Shown in pieces: positions 24,929 through 34,050 of a stretch of 64,000 nt of DNA (its first letter is position 1; every line of letters starts with the position of its first letter). The stretch comes from Actinomycetota bacterium. GTDB taxonomy: Bacteria; Actinomycetota; UBA4738; HRBIN12. The translations under genes and the position numbers were made by a program. Below the pieces are notes generated by a model, which was not told where the DNA came from, did not search any database, and saw only the letters and a program-made list of their open reading frames with translations. Location of the stretch: positions 2,416 to 66,415 of the forward strand of contig JACQDK010000073.1 of NCBI GenBank assembly GCA_016201135.1. The letters are read 5' to 3'.

Positions 24929-25579
24929 CGCATGGTGAGCCGGACCGATTGGGCCGAACTGACGGACGAGGAGCTCGCGATCCGGTGCTCGGAGCACGTC
25001 GCCGGCTGCATGGACGAGCTCGTCGGCCGGTACGAGCAGCGGGTGCGGGACTGCGCCCAGCGGATGAGCCTGGATCGGCAGGACGCCGAAGACGCGGTGC
25101 AGGAGATCTTCCTCCGCATGGTGAGCTCGCTGCCTCGGTTCCAGGGGAAGTCGGCCTTCGCCACCTGGATGTACCGCCTCTCCCACAACACGTGCATCGA
25201 CGCGTTCCGCAAGGGCACCCGAGACAAAGAGCACCGGCTCACGACGGTTCCCAAAGACGAAGAGGGGGATCCGCTGGATCGCGTCGCGGCGAAGTTCGGA
25301 GACCCCGAGGCGGAACTCGACGCCACGATCCAGGAGTGCTACCTGGGGCAAGCCCTAGCCGGCCTCCCGGAGAGTTATCGGGACATCGTCCGCCTGCGCC
25401 TCGGGGAGGGGCGATCGAACGGGGAGGTCGCCCAGCTCCTCGGGACGACCGTCGACTCGGTGAAGTCGAAGCTGCGGCGCGCGCGCAAGCTCCTGCAGGA
25501 GCGCCTGCTCGAGCGGCGATCCTGCCCGATCTGCAAACAGATGGGCCCCTTCAGGCTGGAGGCATCGGGGGTCGACTGA
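24929..25579 (+). CDS. ECF-type (sigma-70 family) RNA polymerase sigma factor
   Basis: Region 2 (DAEDAVQEIFLRMV, FATWMYRLSHNTCIDAFR) and region 4 (YRDIVRLRLGEGRSNGEVAQLLGTTVDSVKSKLRRAR). ATG preceded by GGAGGG. Confidence 0.75.
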   Translation, partial: RMVSRTDWAELTDEELAIRCSEHVAGCMDELVGRYEQRVRDCAQRMSLDRQDAEDAVQEIFLRMVSSLPRFQGKSAFATWMYRLSHNTCIDAFRKGTRDKEHRLTTVPKDEEGDPLDRVAAKFGDPEAELDATIQECYLGQALAGLPESYRDIVRLRLGEGRSNGEVAQLLGTTVDSVKSKLRRARKLLQERLLERRSCPICKQMGPFRLEASGVD

Positions 25580-26051
25580 GCAGGCGGCCCGTGCCGTCTT
25601 GCTCGATCGAGGCATCGCAGCACCATTCGGCGGAACGTCCGAAGCGCGCCTCGCATCGCGCGCGTTGCCGCGCGACCGCCTCGTCCACGCCACACGCAGG
25701 ATCGCCCCCTGAGGGTTCAAGAGTCACGTCTGGTGTGCGCGCAGCCGCGCCCGCGATCCGGCGGCGGACGAGCGTGAACGCGATCAGCACGTTCGGCACG
25801 AATGCCACAGGCACTGAGACGATCGTGACCGTGTCGTGGATCTCGACCGCGTGGGCCAGGTACAGGGACATCGAGACCAGCAGGAGCGCGTACGTCAACA
25901 GCGAAACGCCGCTCCCCGGCTCGCGACGGAGCTTCAGCACCTGCGGCCACGCCACGCCCTGGCCCAACACCAGCCCGATCCAACCGTAGACGTCGCCCAC
26001 GTTGTTCTCCTCGTGATGGTGTTGGTCGCAGCTGAGCCGGACGCGAGCCAC
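25551..26051 (-). CDS. SemiSWEET/PQ-loop family membrane protein with C-terminal extension
   Basis: GWIGLVLGQGVAWPQVLKLRR PQ-loop and three TM helices. The 70-aa tail is non-descript. Confidence 0.45.
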   Translation of the reverse strand: MARVRLSCDQHHHEENNVGDVYGWIGLVLGQGVAWPQVLKLRREPGSGVSLLTYALLLVSMSLYLAHAVEIHDTVTIVSVPVAFVPNVLIAFTLVRRRIAGAAARTPDVTLEPSGGDPACGVDEAVARQRARCEARFGRSAEWCCDASIEQDGTGRLLSRPPMPPA

Positions 26052-26096
26052 TCACCGACGCGAATCCCGACTAAACCATGCAGGAGGACACAGGCG

Positions 26097-26465
26097 ATGT
26101 TGACGATCCAGTGCCCGGAGTGTGGCGAGAAGGTCCCGGTGCCGCCTCAGGAGGTCGGTCTCTGGAAGCGCCCGGATGGGTGCAACCTGCTTCGCTTCAC
26201 GTGTCCGGTATGCGGTCGCGGAAGCGGCGGGTGTCTCGGAGAGGACGCTTTGGAGCTTCTGCGATCCGAAGGCGTGATGGGGATTGACGTGCCGGCCGAG
26301 GTCCTGGAGTCGCACGACGGGCCGCCGCTAACGCTGGACGACCTCATCGATTTGCACTTCCTGCTGGAGTCGGACGGCTGGAAGAGGCAGCTCGCGGAGA
26401 CGACGGGCGAAGGCTGGGTGCGCCGTCTCGCTCGGGTGGCGAACAAGCGCAAGGCCGCCGTGTGA
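26097..26465 (+). CDS. zinc-ribbon protein (CPECG...CPVCG), hypothetical
   Basis: AGGAGGA RBS plus ATG. MLTIQCPECGEKVPV...FTCPVCGRGSGGC. Confidence 0.5.
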   Translation: MLTIQCPECGEKVPVPPQEVGLWKRPDGCNLLRFTCPVCGRGSGGCLGEDALELLRSEGVMGIDVPAEVLESHDGPPLTLDDLIDLHFLLESDGWKRQLAETTGEGWVRRLARVANKRKAAV

Positions 26466-27054
26466 CGATCGGTGGATGGCGAGCAATGAAGCAGATCAGG
26501 ATCCAGAAGAAGGTCCCCCGTCCGAGACGGGACCGGTACGAGGTGCTGCCGTTGGACCCGCGGGACCCCGACATCGTTCGTGCGAAACGGGGCGGGACCC
26601 GGCTCACCCACGACGCGACTGGCAGGCGAGCTGCCTGACGTCCGTGCTGCTGGCATAGGATCGCGGCGTTAGTTCGCGCGCTGGAGCAGTGCGGGCGGCT
26701 CGGGCCGCGTCCGCGGCCCGGGCCAGCGACTCGGCCGGCAAGGCGCTGGATCATGGCGGCCTGGTCCACAGACTCGATCGCCTCCTCGCAGTAGGTGCGC
26801 CGAACCCGGCGGATCGCTTCTCGTGGCGAGAGCCCCTGGAGCACGAGAAGCCCAGCGAGGGTTGAGCCCGTCCGGCCGTGGCCTCCGGCGCAGCCGATCT
26901 CCGCCCGGCGACCTTCGGACTCCTGCTCGAGCAGCCACCGGAGTGCCAGCTTGAAGCGGCTGGAGTCTTGAGGAACCCCGAGATCGGGCCACGGTAGACG
27001 ACGATCTGGCCCCTCGGCCTTCGGGCTAACGGCGGTCGGAGCCCGGGCGAGCAC
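26344..27054 (-). pseudogene. protein-tyrosine/dual-specificity phosphatase remnant
   Basis: A CAGGHGRTGS (HCxxGxxR) P-loop survives, but the N-terminal catalytic domain is missing from the frame and the C-terminal 150 aa are low-complexity. Surrounding 26.65-27.6 kb has no convincing ORF. Confidence 0.4.
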
Positions 27055-27665
27055 ACCAGCCCCGCCGACGCCCAGCTCCCGCTGGTGGAGGATGGAGAAC
27101 GAGGGTCGAGTCTCACAAGTGGTGGGCCGATGAGAGTGGCCGAGTCACGTGCAGGGCGCGAGGAGGCCGGGAAGTTGAGCCCACCCTCGAGGACATCGCC
27201 AAGCTCGGGCCGACTGCGCCTCTTCCCGTGGCTCCATGCGGTCTCCTCGATGACCGTCCATCGGCTCCTGTACGAGCGCTTTCCGCCAGATCGCCCCGGT
27301 GTCTCCGACATCGTCGAGGCCGACGACGGTCACCGCGGGAGCCTGCTGTCATGGCTGGTCTGGCCGTACGGTATCGGGCTCGTGCAGATTCTCGAACTCG
27401 AATCCACCGAGCTGGCCATCCGTATGAACCAGGCTGTCAACGCGATCGTTCTCCGATCCACTCCTCGGCAGAATCATCGGCGCGGGCTGAATCTCTCGGC
27501 GCCCGCGCCGTGTTCCATGCAACTGGGCGCCAGACACCCGTTATATGAACGGGTCCCACAACGAAACGTCCCATCAGACCTGATGGAAATCTGATGGGCT
27601 CGCTCTGCCCAGGGGATCGGCTGTTGGCCGGCCTTGGCTCAGGCAACTCGGCCCCAGGAACGGCT

Positions 27666-27748
27666 GCTCACCCAGAGCTCTGGGCCGGGCTCACCCCGGT
27701 TCGTACGCTGTAACCTTCGCCTCCGCGAAGGTTCCAGCCTGCGAACCG
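27666..27748. repeat. dispersed repeat, copy 2 (complete, with extended hairpin)
   Basis: GCTCACCCCAGAGCTCTGGGCCGGGCTCACCCCGGTTCGTACGCTGTAACCTTCGCCTCCGCGAAGGTTCCAGCCTGCGAACC. Contains a 9-bp perfect stem AACCTTCGC-CTCC-GCGAAGGTT nested in a GGTTCG...CGAACC outer stem, plus the palindrome CCCAGAGCTCTGGG. Lies about 130 nt downstream of the minus-strand gene ending at 27877. Confidence 0.6.
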
Positions 27749-27876
27749 CGGGCGCGACGAAGTACTGCTGGATCGATGCCCCAGACCCTCGACGATCCGC
27801 AGATAGGGGACGTGGGAGATCTGGTCGGCGCAGGTGAGACGGCGGTGCACGCTTCGAACCATCCGGCGCGGAGGAT

Positions 27877-28926
27877 CTATGCGCCGTCCGCGTGGCCGAG
27901 CGCAGCCTTCGTGCGCGCGTGCTCCTCGGGATCCAGGATCTCGAAGTAGCCACGCCCTATCGCCAGCACCGCGCGCGCCGACACTGGGATGTCCCCGATG
28001 CGGGGCGTCTCCCGGCTCCGGATGATGTGGCCGAGATCGACGCCGTCGAACTCGGCCCGCGACCAGACGACGGGGTACATGCGGCGCGGGGAGAGCACGC
28101 CGTACTGACCGTTCGGCATCGTGCCGGACATGCGGACGGATCCGAGCCGCAGGAACGTCTTGGCGGCCCGTTCCATCACGCGATGTAGGGACCGGGAGCG
28201 CCATGTTCGCTCCGGGATCCTCGATCCCATGGCGCTCATGACCGTGAACATCGGCGAGGTCGCCATCTCCATCTCCCAACGACACCGGGGCCGATCCATC
28301 TCGACGGTAAGGTTCATCGGTCCCGTCCAGATCAGGTCGAGCCGACACGGGGTGTTCGCACGAGCTGCCGCACCGTAGTACCGGGGGCAGGTCGTCTCGG
28401 CGAGGGGGCCGTCGTAGTGGATCGACCAATCGCCCTCGGGCGTTCGATGCCAGAGGGTCCGGAACGGAGCGAAGTCGTTCTGCGGGAACACGCGCAGGGC
28501 GAGCACATGTCCCGACGAGAACGGCGCGCCGAAGATCCCCCAGCCGCGAACGTGCTCGAACCCCTTCCAGGGGGACGGCACGACCCCAGGCGTTATCGCG
28601 TTGACCTCCGCGGCCAGATCCACGGGCTCATCTTGGTCTCTGGGTGCCGCGAGGGCAAACGGACTCGCCGGCTCCTCGGGGCGGCTCTGATCGAGATGCG
28701 TCAGGCACGTCGAGGCTCCAACGCTCGGCGTCACCGGGCTGCGAGGTGATGACTTACCTCTGATCGCGCGGCACGGCCTCGAGCGAGTCCAGAAGTCCGT
28801 GCTGCAGGGCGAAGAGGGTGGCGGTCGATCGGGTCGACGCGCCGATCTTGGCGTAGATGCGCTCGATGTGAGTGCCGGCGGTCTTGGCCGTGATGCCCAA
28901 CGCCTGGGCGACCTGGCGATCCACAT
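27877..28926 (-). CDS. hypothetical protein
   Basis: Protein-like over about 270 aa (GVVPSPWKGFEHVRGWGIFGAPF...YDGPLAETTCPRYYG...). No family recognised; start unclear. Confidence 0.45.
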   Translation of the reverse strand: MWIARSPRRWASRPRPPALTSSASTPRSARRPDRPPPSSPCSTDFWTRSRPCRAIRGKSSPRSPVTPSVGASTCLTHLDQSRPEEPASPFALAAPRDQDEPVDLAAEVNAITPGVVPSPWKGFEHVRGWGIFGAPFSSGHVLALRVFPQNDFAPFRTLWHRTPEGDWSIHYDGPLAETTCPRYYGAAARANTPCRLDLIWTGPMNLTVEMDRPRCRWEMEMATSPMFTVMSAMGSRIPERTWRSRSLHRVMERAAKTFLRLGSVRMSGTMPNGQYGVLSPRRMYPVVWSRAEFDGVDLGHIIRSRETPRIGDIPVSARAVLAIGRGYFEILDPEEHARTKAALGHADGA

Positions 28927-29098
28927 CGGTACTCCGGTTCCCAGGCGGCGAACGGTGCGCGCCAGAAGATGCCGCTGAAGGTGTGCACGCTTTGGCGCGA
29001 TACGCCGAGGCGCCGAGCGACCTCAGAGACCTGCCAGCGATCCTGCACCACCGCCAGCACCGCCTGACACCGCTGCTCCATGACACACCGAGCTCCAC
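28731..29098 (-). pseudogene. gene fragments: LuxR-type HTH C-terminal fragment (28754..29098 frame) and IS-type transposase N-terminal HTH fragment (28731..29081 frame)
   Basis: VAQALGITAKTAGTHIERIYAKIGASTRSTA (LuxR HTH) and MEQRCQAVLAVVQDRWQVSEVARRLGVSRQSVHTF (IS3/IS481-type HTH) occur in overlapping frames. Neither continues into a full domain. Confidence 0.4.
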
Positions 29099-29333
29099 CC
29101 GGATCCGAGCATCACGTCACGCGGCTCCACGCCGCCCGACCCCAGCGGCGAGCATCCACCCGGACACTCGGACATGGAGCGTCGTGGTTCTCACTGCGTT
29201 CCCTTCGCCTCCACCACGAGGCGGTTGGTCGATCGGGCCGGCCACGGCTGCTGCCGTTCGCCCGGTCACCCCAGATGCGCCCTGGAGATCCGCTGCCCAG
29301 ACGTTCACCCGGCGTCGGGGCTAGGATGCCCGA

Positions 29334-29822
29334 GTGGATGCAGACAGCCTGCTCGCCCTCGTCCGGTTCCACGCGTGGGCGAACGACCGGATCCTGACGA
29401 CGGCGGCCGGCCTGTCGGATGAGGAGTTCCGGAGGACGGCGGATCTCGACCACGGCAGCGCCCTCCAGACGCTCCGGCACGTCGTCGACGTCGACTGGAG
29501 CTGGCGCGAGTTCTGCATCGGGAACGACGTTGGAGATACCTACGTGTGGGACCACGGGTATGCGCTAGACGACCTCCCGGCCATCCACGCGTTCTGCCTC
29601 GAAGAGGACAACCGCCTGCGGAGCTACGTGGAGTCCCTCGACGATGCGGCGCTGACCGAGTCGCTGGTGGGGAGCGCGGACTTCGCGAGGCCACGATGGC
29701 TGATCGTCGCCCACGTCGTGAACCACGGAACGCAGCATCGCAGCGAGCTCGCTCGCTACCTCACAGAGTGCGGCCACTCACCGGGCGAACTCGACCTCCT
29801 GGACGCGCTCGAGCTGCAGTGA
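29334..29822 (+). CDS. DinB-family protein
   Basis: LVRFHAWANDRIL...HVVNHGTQHRSELARYL. Confidence 0.75.
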   Translation: MDADSLLALVRFHAWANDRILTTAAGLSDEEFRRTADLDHGSALQTLRHVVDVDWSWREFCIGNDVGDTYVWDHGYALDDLPAIHAFCLEEDNRLRSYVESLDDAALTESLVGSADFARPRWLIVAHVVNHGTQHRSELARYLTECGHSPGELDLLDALELQ

Positions 29823-29942
29823 CCGGGCGACCCCGGTGGGCCGGCTGACCGATGAGGAGCGGATGTCCGGCGGGAGCCTGACCGATACTCTTCCGGCAAG
29901 CCCTCGATCTCCGCGAGCGAGCGAACAGGATGGGAGCTGCGG

Positions 29943-30503
29943 ATGGGCAAGCTGATCTACTCGATGAACGTGTCGCTCGACGGCTACGTCGAGACCCCCG
30001 ACCACGCTCTCGACTGGGCGAACGTTGACGATGAGCTGCACACGTGGTTCAACGATCGCGCGCGCGAGTCGGACGCGTTCCTCTACGGTCGACGGCTGTA
30101 CGAGGTGATGACCGCGTACTGGCCGACCGCGGAGTCCGACCCATCGGCAACGGACGCCATGCTCGACTTCGCCCGGATCTGGAACGAGAAGCTGAAGGTC
30201 GTCTTCTCGTCGACCCTCGCCACCGTCGATCGGAACAGCCGGCTCGTGAGCGGCGACGTCGGCGACGAGCTCGCGCGGCTCCGGACCGAGTTCGACGGCG
30301 ATCTCGACGTCGGTGGCCCGACACTGGCCTCGGCGTTCATCCGCCAGGGCCTGGTCGACGAATATCGGCTTCTCGTCCACCCGATCGTCCTGGGAGCCGG
30401 GACCCCATTCTTCCCGAAGCTCGAGACCCCTATCCGCCTCCGGCGGTCGGAGACCCGGACGTTCGACTCCGGAGTGATGTATCTGGGCTACGCCCCGCGA
30501 TAG
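29943..30503 (+). CDS. dihydrofolate reductase family protein (RibD C-terminal-like)
   Basis: MGKLIYSMNVSLDGYVETPDH...VHPIVLGAGTPFF. Confidence 0.75.
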   Translation: MGKLIYSMNVSLDGYVETPDHALDWANVDDELHTWFNDRARESDAFLYGRRLYEVMTAYWPTAESDPSATDAMLDFARIWNEKLKVVFSSTLATVDRNSRLVSGDVGDELARLRTEFDGDLDVGGPTLASAFIRQGLVDEYRLLVHPIVLGAGTPFFPKLETPIRLRRSETRTFDSGVMYLGYAPR

Positions 30504-30842
30504 CGAGAGTCGTGCTCGGTCGACAGCCACGATCTCCTTGTCGTGTGAGTTCGCGCTTTCGGCCGGGTGAACACAAGGGGAGAAGGTATGGACGACGCTC
30601 ACCCACTGTGGCCTCCCCCCCAGACTCTTTGGCCCGCGATCCTACAACGCGCCCTTGCCAGGATTCTCCTCGGTCGGCAAGCCCATCTCATGGCCGCGAT
30701 CAGATGACCCCGCCCACCTACGAGCATCGACCCACACTCTTTGACCTGAGGCTTTGCCGGCTCGTCGAGCATCGCAGCCGCGATGACCGGTTGACCTCCC
30801 GTTGCGATCGGGAGGACCCGACGGTTCGCATAGGATGCGTTC

Positions 30843-31571
30843 GTGACCGACTTCCATGAGGAGGCCCTCGCGGCGTTCCGCTCGGGCGACGACGAGCGCA
30901 CTCGGGAGCTGAGCGAAGAGGCGCTCGCCGCGGCGCGAGCCTCGGGGGCGGTGGAGGCCGAAGTGGACGCGCTGTGCTGGCTGGCGCGCGTTGCGCTCCG
31001 GGACGGTGACGTGCGGCGAGTGCGGGCCCTGGCCGAGGAGGCAGAGGCCATGGCTCGCGGGCAGGGCGATGAGCGGCTCGGGCAGATGCCTCTTCACATG
31101 CGGGCTGTCGCCGCGCGTATGGACGGCGACCACGCGGTCGCCCGCCGCCTCTACGAAAGAAGCATCGAGCTGAACCGGCGACTGGGTGACGAACGGATGG
31201 TCGCTGGTGAGCTCAGCAACCTCGCGTACGTCGAACTGCACGACGGGCGAGCCGCGCGTGCGAAGGAGTTGTTCGCAGAGGCTCTTGAGGAGGCGCGAAG
31301 GCTCACCTACGACGCGTTCCTCCCCTATCTGGTGGGAGACGCCGCGGTGGTCGCCGCGGAGGAAGGAGACGCCGAGCGGGCAGCCCGTCTGGCCGGTGCG
31401 GCGAGCGCGGCGTTCCTCGCCGCCGGCCAGGTCCTCGATCCGGACGATGCGGCCGAGCAGGATCGGCTCCTGACGAAGTTGGCCGGCAGCTTGGGAGAGG
31501 AGCGCTTCAGGGCCGCCTACGACGAGGGAGCGCGGCTGACGATCGACGAGGCGCTCGCCACAGGCATGTAG
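30843..31571 (+). CDS. TPR-like helical repeat protein, hypothetical
   Basis: Ala/Glu/Arg-rich helical repeats (LSNLAYVELHDGRAARAKELFAEALEEARR). GTG start. Confidence 0.5.
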   Translation: MTDFHEEALAAFRSGDDERTRELSEEALAAARASGAVEAEVDALCWLARVALRDGDVRRVRALAEEAEAMARGQGDERLGQMPLHMRAVAARMDGDHAVARRLYERSIELNRRLGDERMVAGELSNLAYVELHDGRAARAKELFAEALEEARRLTYDAFLPYLVGDAAVVAAEEGDAERAARLAGAASAAFLAAGQVLDPDDAAEQDRLLTKLAGSLGEERFRAAYDEGARLTIDEALATGM

Positions 31572-31673
31572 AGCCACGACGTCCTCGACGTTCCGGCCCA
31601 CGTCCTCGAAGCCTTGCCCCCGGGTCTTCTCGCCGGCGTGGAGTAGGCCCTTCCCGGCGAGCGCCGAGGTCAC

Positions 31674-32012
31674 ATGCTTGCCGGGCCCTCCTCGGCGAAG
31701 TGTAATCACCTCATGGTCGATCCCCGCCCTCCTGTCACTGTGCCACCCAGGCGGTCACCGCTCGTGATGGTCGCGGTCGTGACGCTCGTCGCGGCCCTCC
31801 TGCTGGCGTTCACCCTGCCCGATCGCGAGCCGAAGATCATCCCGTGCCCGCCATCGCTCGCGGGCCAGGGGCTCGCCGGGTGCGACATCCGGGTGGACCA
31901 CCGCATGCCCGAGCGGATCGCGATCGTCGCGGTCGGCGCCGGCGTCGCCGTCCTGCTGATCGCGGCCTCGCGGCGCATGAGCCGCCGGGCGGGAGAGACT
32001 CCTCCCTCATAG
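31674..32012 (+). CDS. small membrane protein (putative)
   Basis: Two hydrophobic helices. Weak support. Confidence 0.3.
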   Translation: MLAGPSSAKCNHLMVDPRPPVTVPPRRSPLVMVAVVTLVAALLLAFTLPDREPKIIPCPPSLAGQGLAGCDIRVDHRMPERIAIVAVGAGVAVLLIAASRRMSRRAGETPPS

Positions 32013-32074
32013 CGAGCCAAAGCCGAGCCCCCAGGGCTTACGATGCCTGAGTCAGGTCAGGCAGAGGGGAACCC

Positions 32075-32914
32075 GTGGACGTCTTCATCTCGATCGACAT
32101 GGAGGGGATCGCCGGCATCACCACGATCCGGCAGACCTACCGCGGCACCGACGACTACTCGTGGGCGCGGGAGCTGATGACCGAGGAGGCCAACGCCGCC
32201 ACAGGGGGGGCGTTCGATGCCGGGGCCGACCGGGTCGTGGTCTCGGACTCGCACGGCGACATGGCGAACCTGCTGCCCCACAAGCTGGACCAGCGCGCCG
32301 AGCTGGTCCAGGGCACGCCCAAGCTCCCGCACAGCATGATGACCGGCATCGAGGTCGGGTACGACTGCGCGCTCTTCCTCGGCTACCACGCCGGAGCAGG
32401 GACCCAGGCCGCGATCCTCGACCACACCTACGCGGGCTTCTTCACCGACGTGCGGGTGAACGGGGAATCATGGAACGAGACCGTGCTGAACGCCGCGCTC
32501 GCGGGGACGTTCGGCGTTCCCGTTGCGCTCGTCGTCGGCGACCGGGCGTGCTGCCAGCAGGCGGAGGCGGCGCTGCCCGGCGTGCGAACCGTCGCCGTTA
32601 AGGAGGCCTTCGGGCAGCGCGTGGGGCGCTCGCTCTCCCCCGAGTGGGCGCGCACGGTGATCCGGAGCGCCGCGGAGCAGGCGGTGGCCGCCGCGGGGTC
32701 GCTGCGGCCGTTCCGCCCCAAGCCCCCCTACACGTTCGAGGTCGATGGCATCTCGACAGCGATAGCCGACATGGGGATGCTCGTGCCGCGCACCGAGCGG
32801 CCTGCCGGGCGCACGCTGCGCTACGAGACGGACGACATGCGGGAGCTGTATCAGGTGCTGCTCGCGTGGATGAGCCTCGGGGCACGGGTGGCGCCCCGCT
32901 ACCAGATCGACTGA
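32075..32914 (+). CDS. M55-family D-aminopeptidase (DppA-like)
   Basis: MDVFISIDMEGIAGIT N-terminus characteristic of DppA/M55. Confidence 0.8.
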   Translation: MDVFISIDMEGIAGITTIRQTYRGTDDYSWARELMTEEANAATGGAFDAGADRVVVSDSHGDMANLLPHKLDQRAELVQGTPKLPHSMMTGIEVGYDCALFLGYHAGAGTQAAILDHTYAGFFTDVRVNGESWNETVLNAALAGTFGVPVALVVGDRACCQQAEAALPGVRTVAVKEAFGQRVGRSLSPEWARTVIRSAAEQAVAAAGSLRPFRPKPPYTFEVDGISTAIADMGMLVPRTERPAGRTLRYETDDMRELYQVLLAWMSLGARVAPRYQID

Positions 32915-32931
32915 ACGGGCGCCCCAGTCCC

Positions 32932-34050
32932 TCAGGGAACCGGCTGGCTCTCCTCGGCTTGCTCCATGGGAAGCCAGCACTCGAGCGTCGTCCCCGAGCC
33001 GGGCGAGCTGTGAACGCGCGCCCAGCCGCCGGCGATCTCCGCCCGCTCGATCGTGGTCGCCAGACCGAGATGCCCGGGAGTCGCGCGGGTGAGGGCCAGC
33101 GGATCGAACCCCTTCCCGTCGTCGCGCACCCGCAGGATCACGCCGGTGCCGGCCGTGGCCACCGTGACGTCCATCTCCGAGGCCGCCGCGTGCTTGCGCA
33201 CGTTCATCACCGCCTCCTGGGCGATGCGGTAGATCACTGCCCGCAGATCGGGCGCGGGCTCCTCGAGGAGCCCGTCCGCGTCGAGCATCCACGAGAGCCC
33301 CGTGCGCGCCGCCGTGTGCTCCAGGAACTGACGCAGGGCCACAGCGAGCCCCTCCTGGTCGAGGGAGAAGGGCCGGAGCTGGAAGAGCAGGTGGCGCAAC
33401 CGCTCGATCGCATCCTGCACGATCCCGTGGAGCTCCAGCAGGGAGGCGGCGTTGGCGCCTCCCTCCAGCGCGAGGGTCTGAAGGCGCATGTCGACCGCGC
33501 TCATCACCTGGATCGAGTCGTCGTGGATGTCGGAGGCGATCCGGCGCCGCTCCTGCTCCTGCGCGTTCTCCAGGCGCTCCATCAGCTCGCGACGCTGCTG
33601 GCTGGTGCGGCGAAGGACCTCCAGGCTCCAGCGGAGCTTCTCCTCCGCCTCCTTCTCGTTGGTGATGTCGAGCATGATCCCGCGCCAGTGCAGCGGCTCG
33701 CCGTCCTCGTCGCGGACGAGGACGGCCTCGTCCCGGAGCCACACGACCCGCCCGTCCTTCGCAATCATCCGGTACTCGGACAGGAACCGATCGCTCGTCT
33801 GGTTCGTCCGGCGGTTCTCCTCGATCACGCGCTGGACGTCGTCCGGATGGATCTGCTGGAGCCAGAGCTCGGGCGTGCTCCCCCACTCCTCCTGGGTGAA
33901 CCCGAGCAGGTCCACGGCCTGGGGGCTCGTGTAGAAGTTCGTGGAGTACTCGTCGGGCTTGTCGATGTACAGGATCGCCGGGATGCCCTCGACGAGAGCG
34001 CGGTGGAGGTCCAGATCCTCCAGCTCCCGCGGTCGATCGACCTCGCTCAC
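32932..34050 (-). CDS. PAS-domain sensor histidine kinase (HisKA_3 / NarL-partner type)
   Basis: PAS (IPAILYID...GRVVWLRDEAVLVRDEDGEPLHWRGIMLDITNEKEAE). H-box RRRIASDIHDDSIQ. HATPase_c (VRDDGKGF...GHLGL). GTG start overlapping the M20 stop (GTGA). No response regulator is adjacent. Confidence 0.75.
   Translation of the reverse strand: MSEVDRPRELEDLDLHRALVEGIPAILYIDKPDEYSTNFYTSPQAVDLLGFTQEEWGSTPELWLQQIHPDDVQRVIEENRRTNQTSDRFLSEYRMIAKDGRVVWLRDEAVLVRDEDGEPLHWRGIMLDITNEKEAEEKLRWSLEVLRRTSQQRRELMERLENAQEQERRRIASDIHDDSIQVMSAVDMRLQTLALEGGANAASLLELHGIVQDAIERLRHLLFQLRPFSLDQEGLAVALRQFLEHTAARTGLSWMLDADGLLEEPAPDLRAVIYRIAQEAVMNVRKHAAASEMDVTVATAGTGVILRVRDDGKGFDPLALTRATPGHLGLATTIERAEIAGGWARVHSSPGSGTTLECWLPMEQAEESQPVP

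Noticed and set aside
30588-30707. 39-codon ORF behind a strong AAGGGGAGAAGG Shine-Dalgarno-like sequence
   Set aside because: Third codon positions are AT-rich (gct, cca, act, ctt, cta, caa, att, aga...), unlike every confident gene in the window. Probably a non-coding leader of the downstream TPR-like gene.
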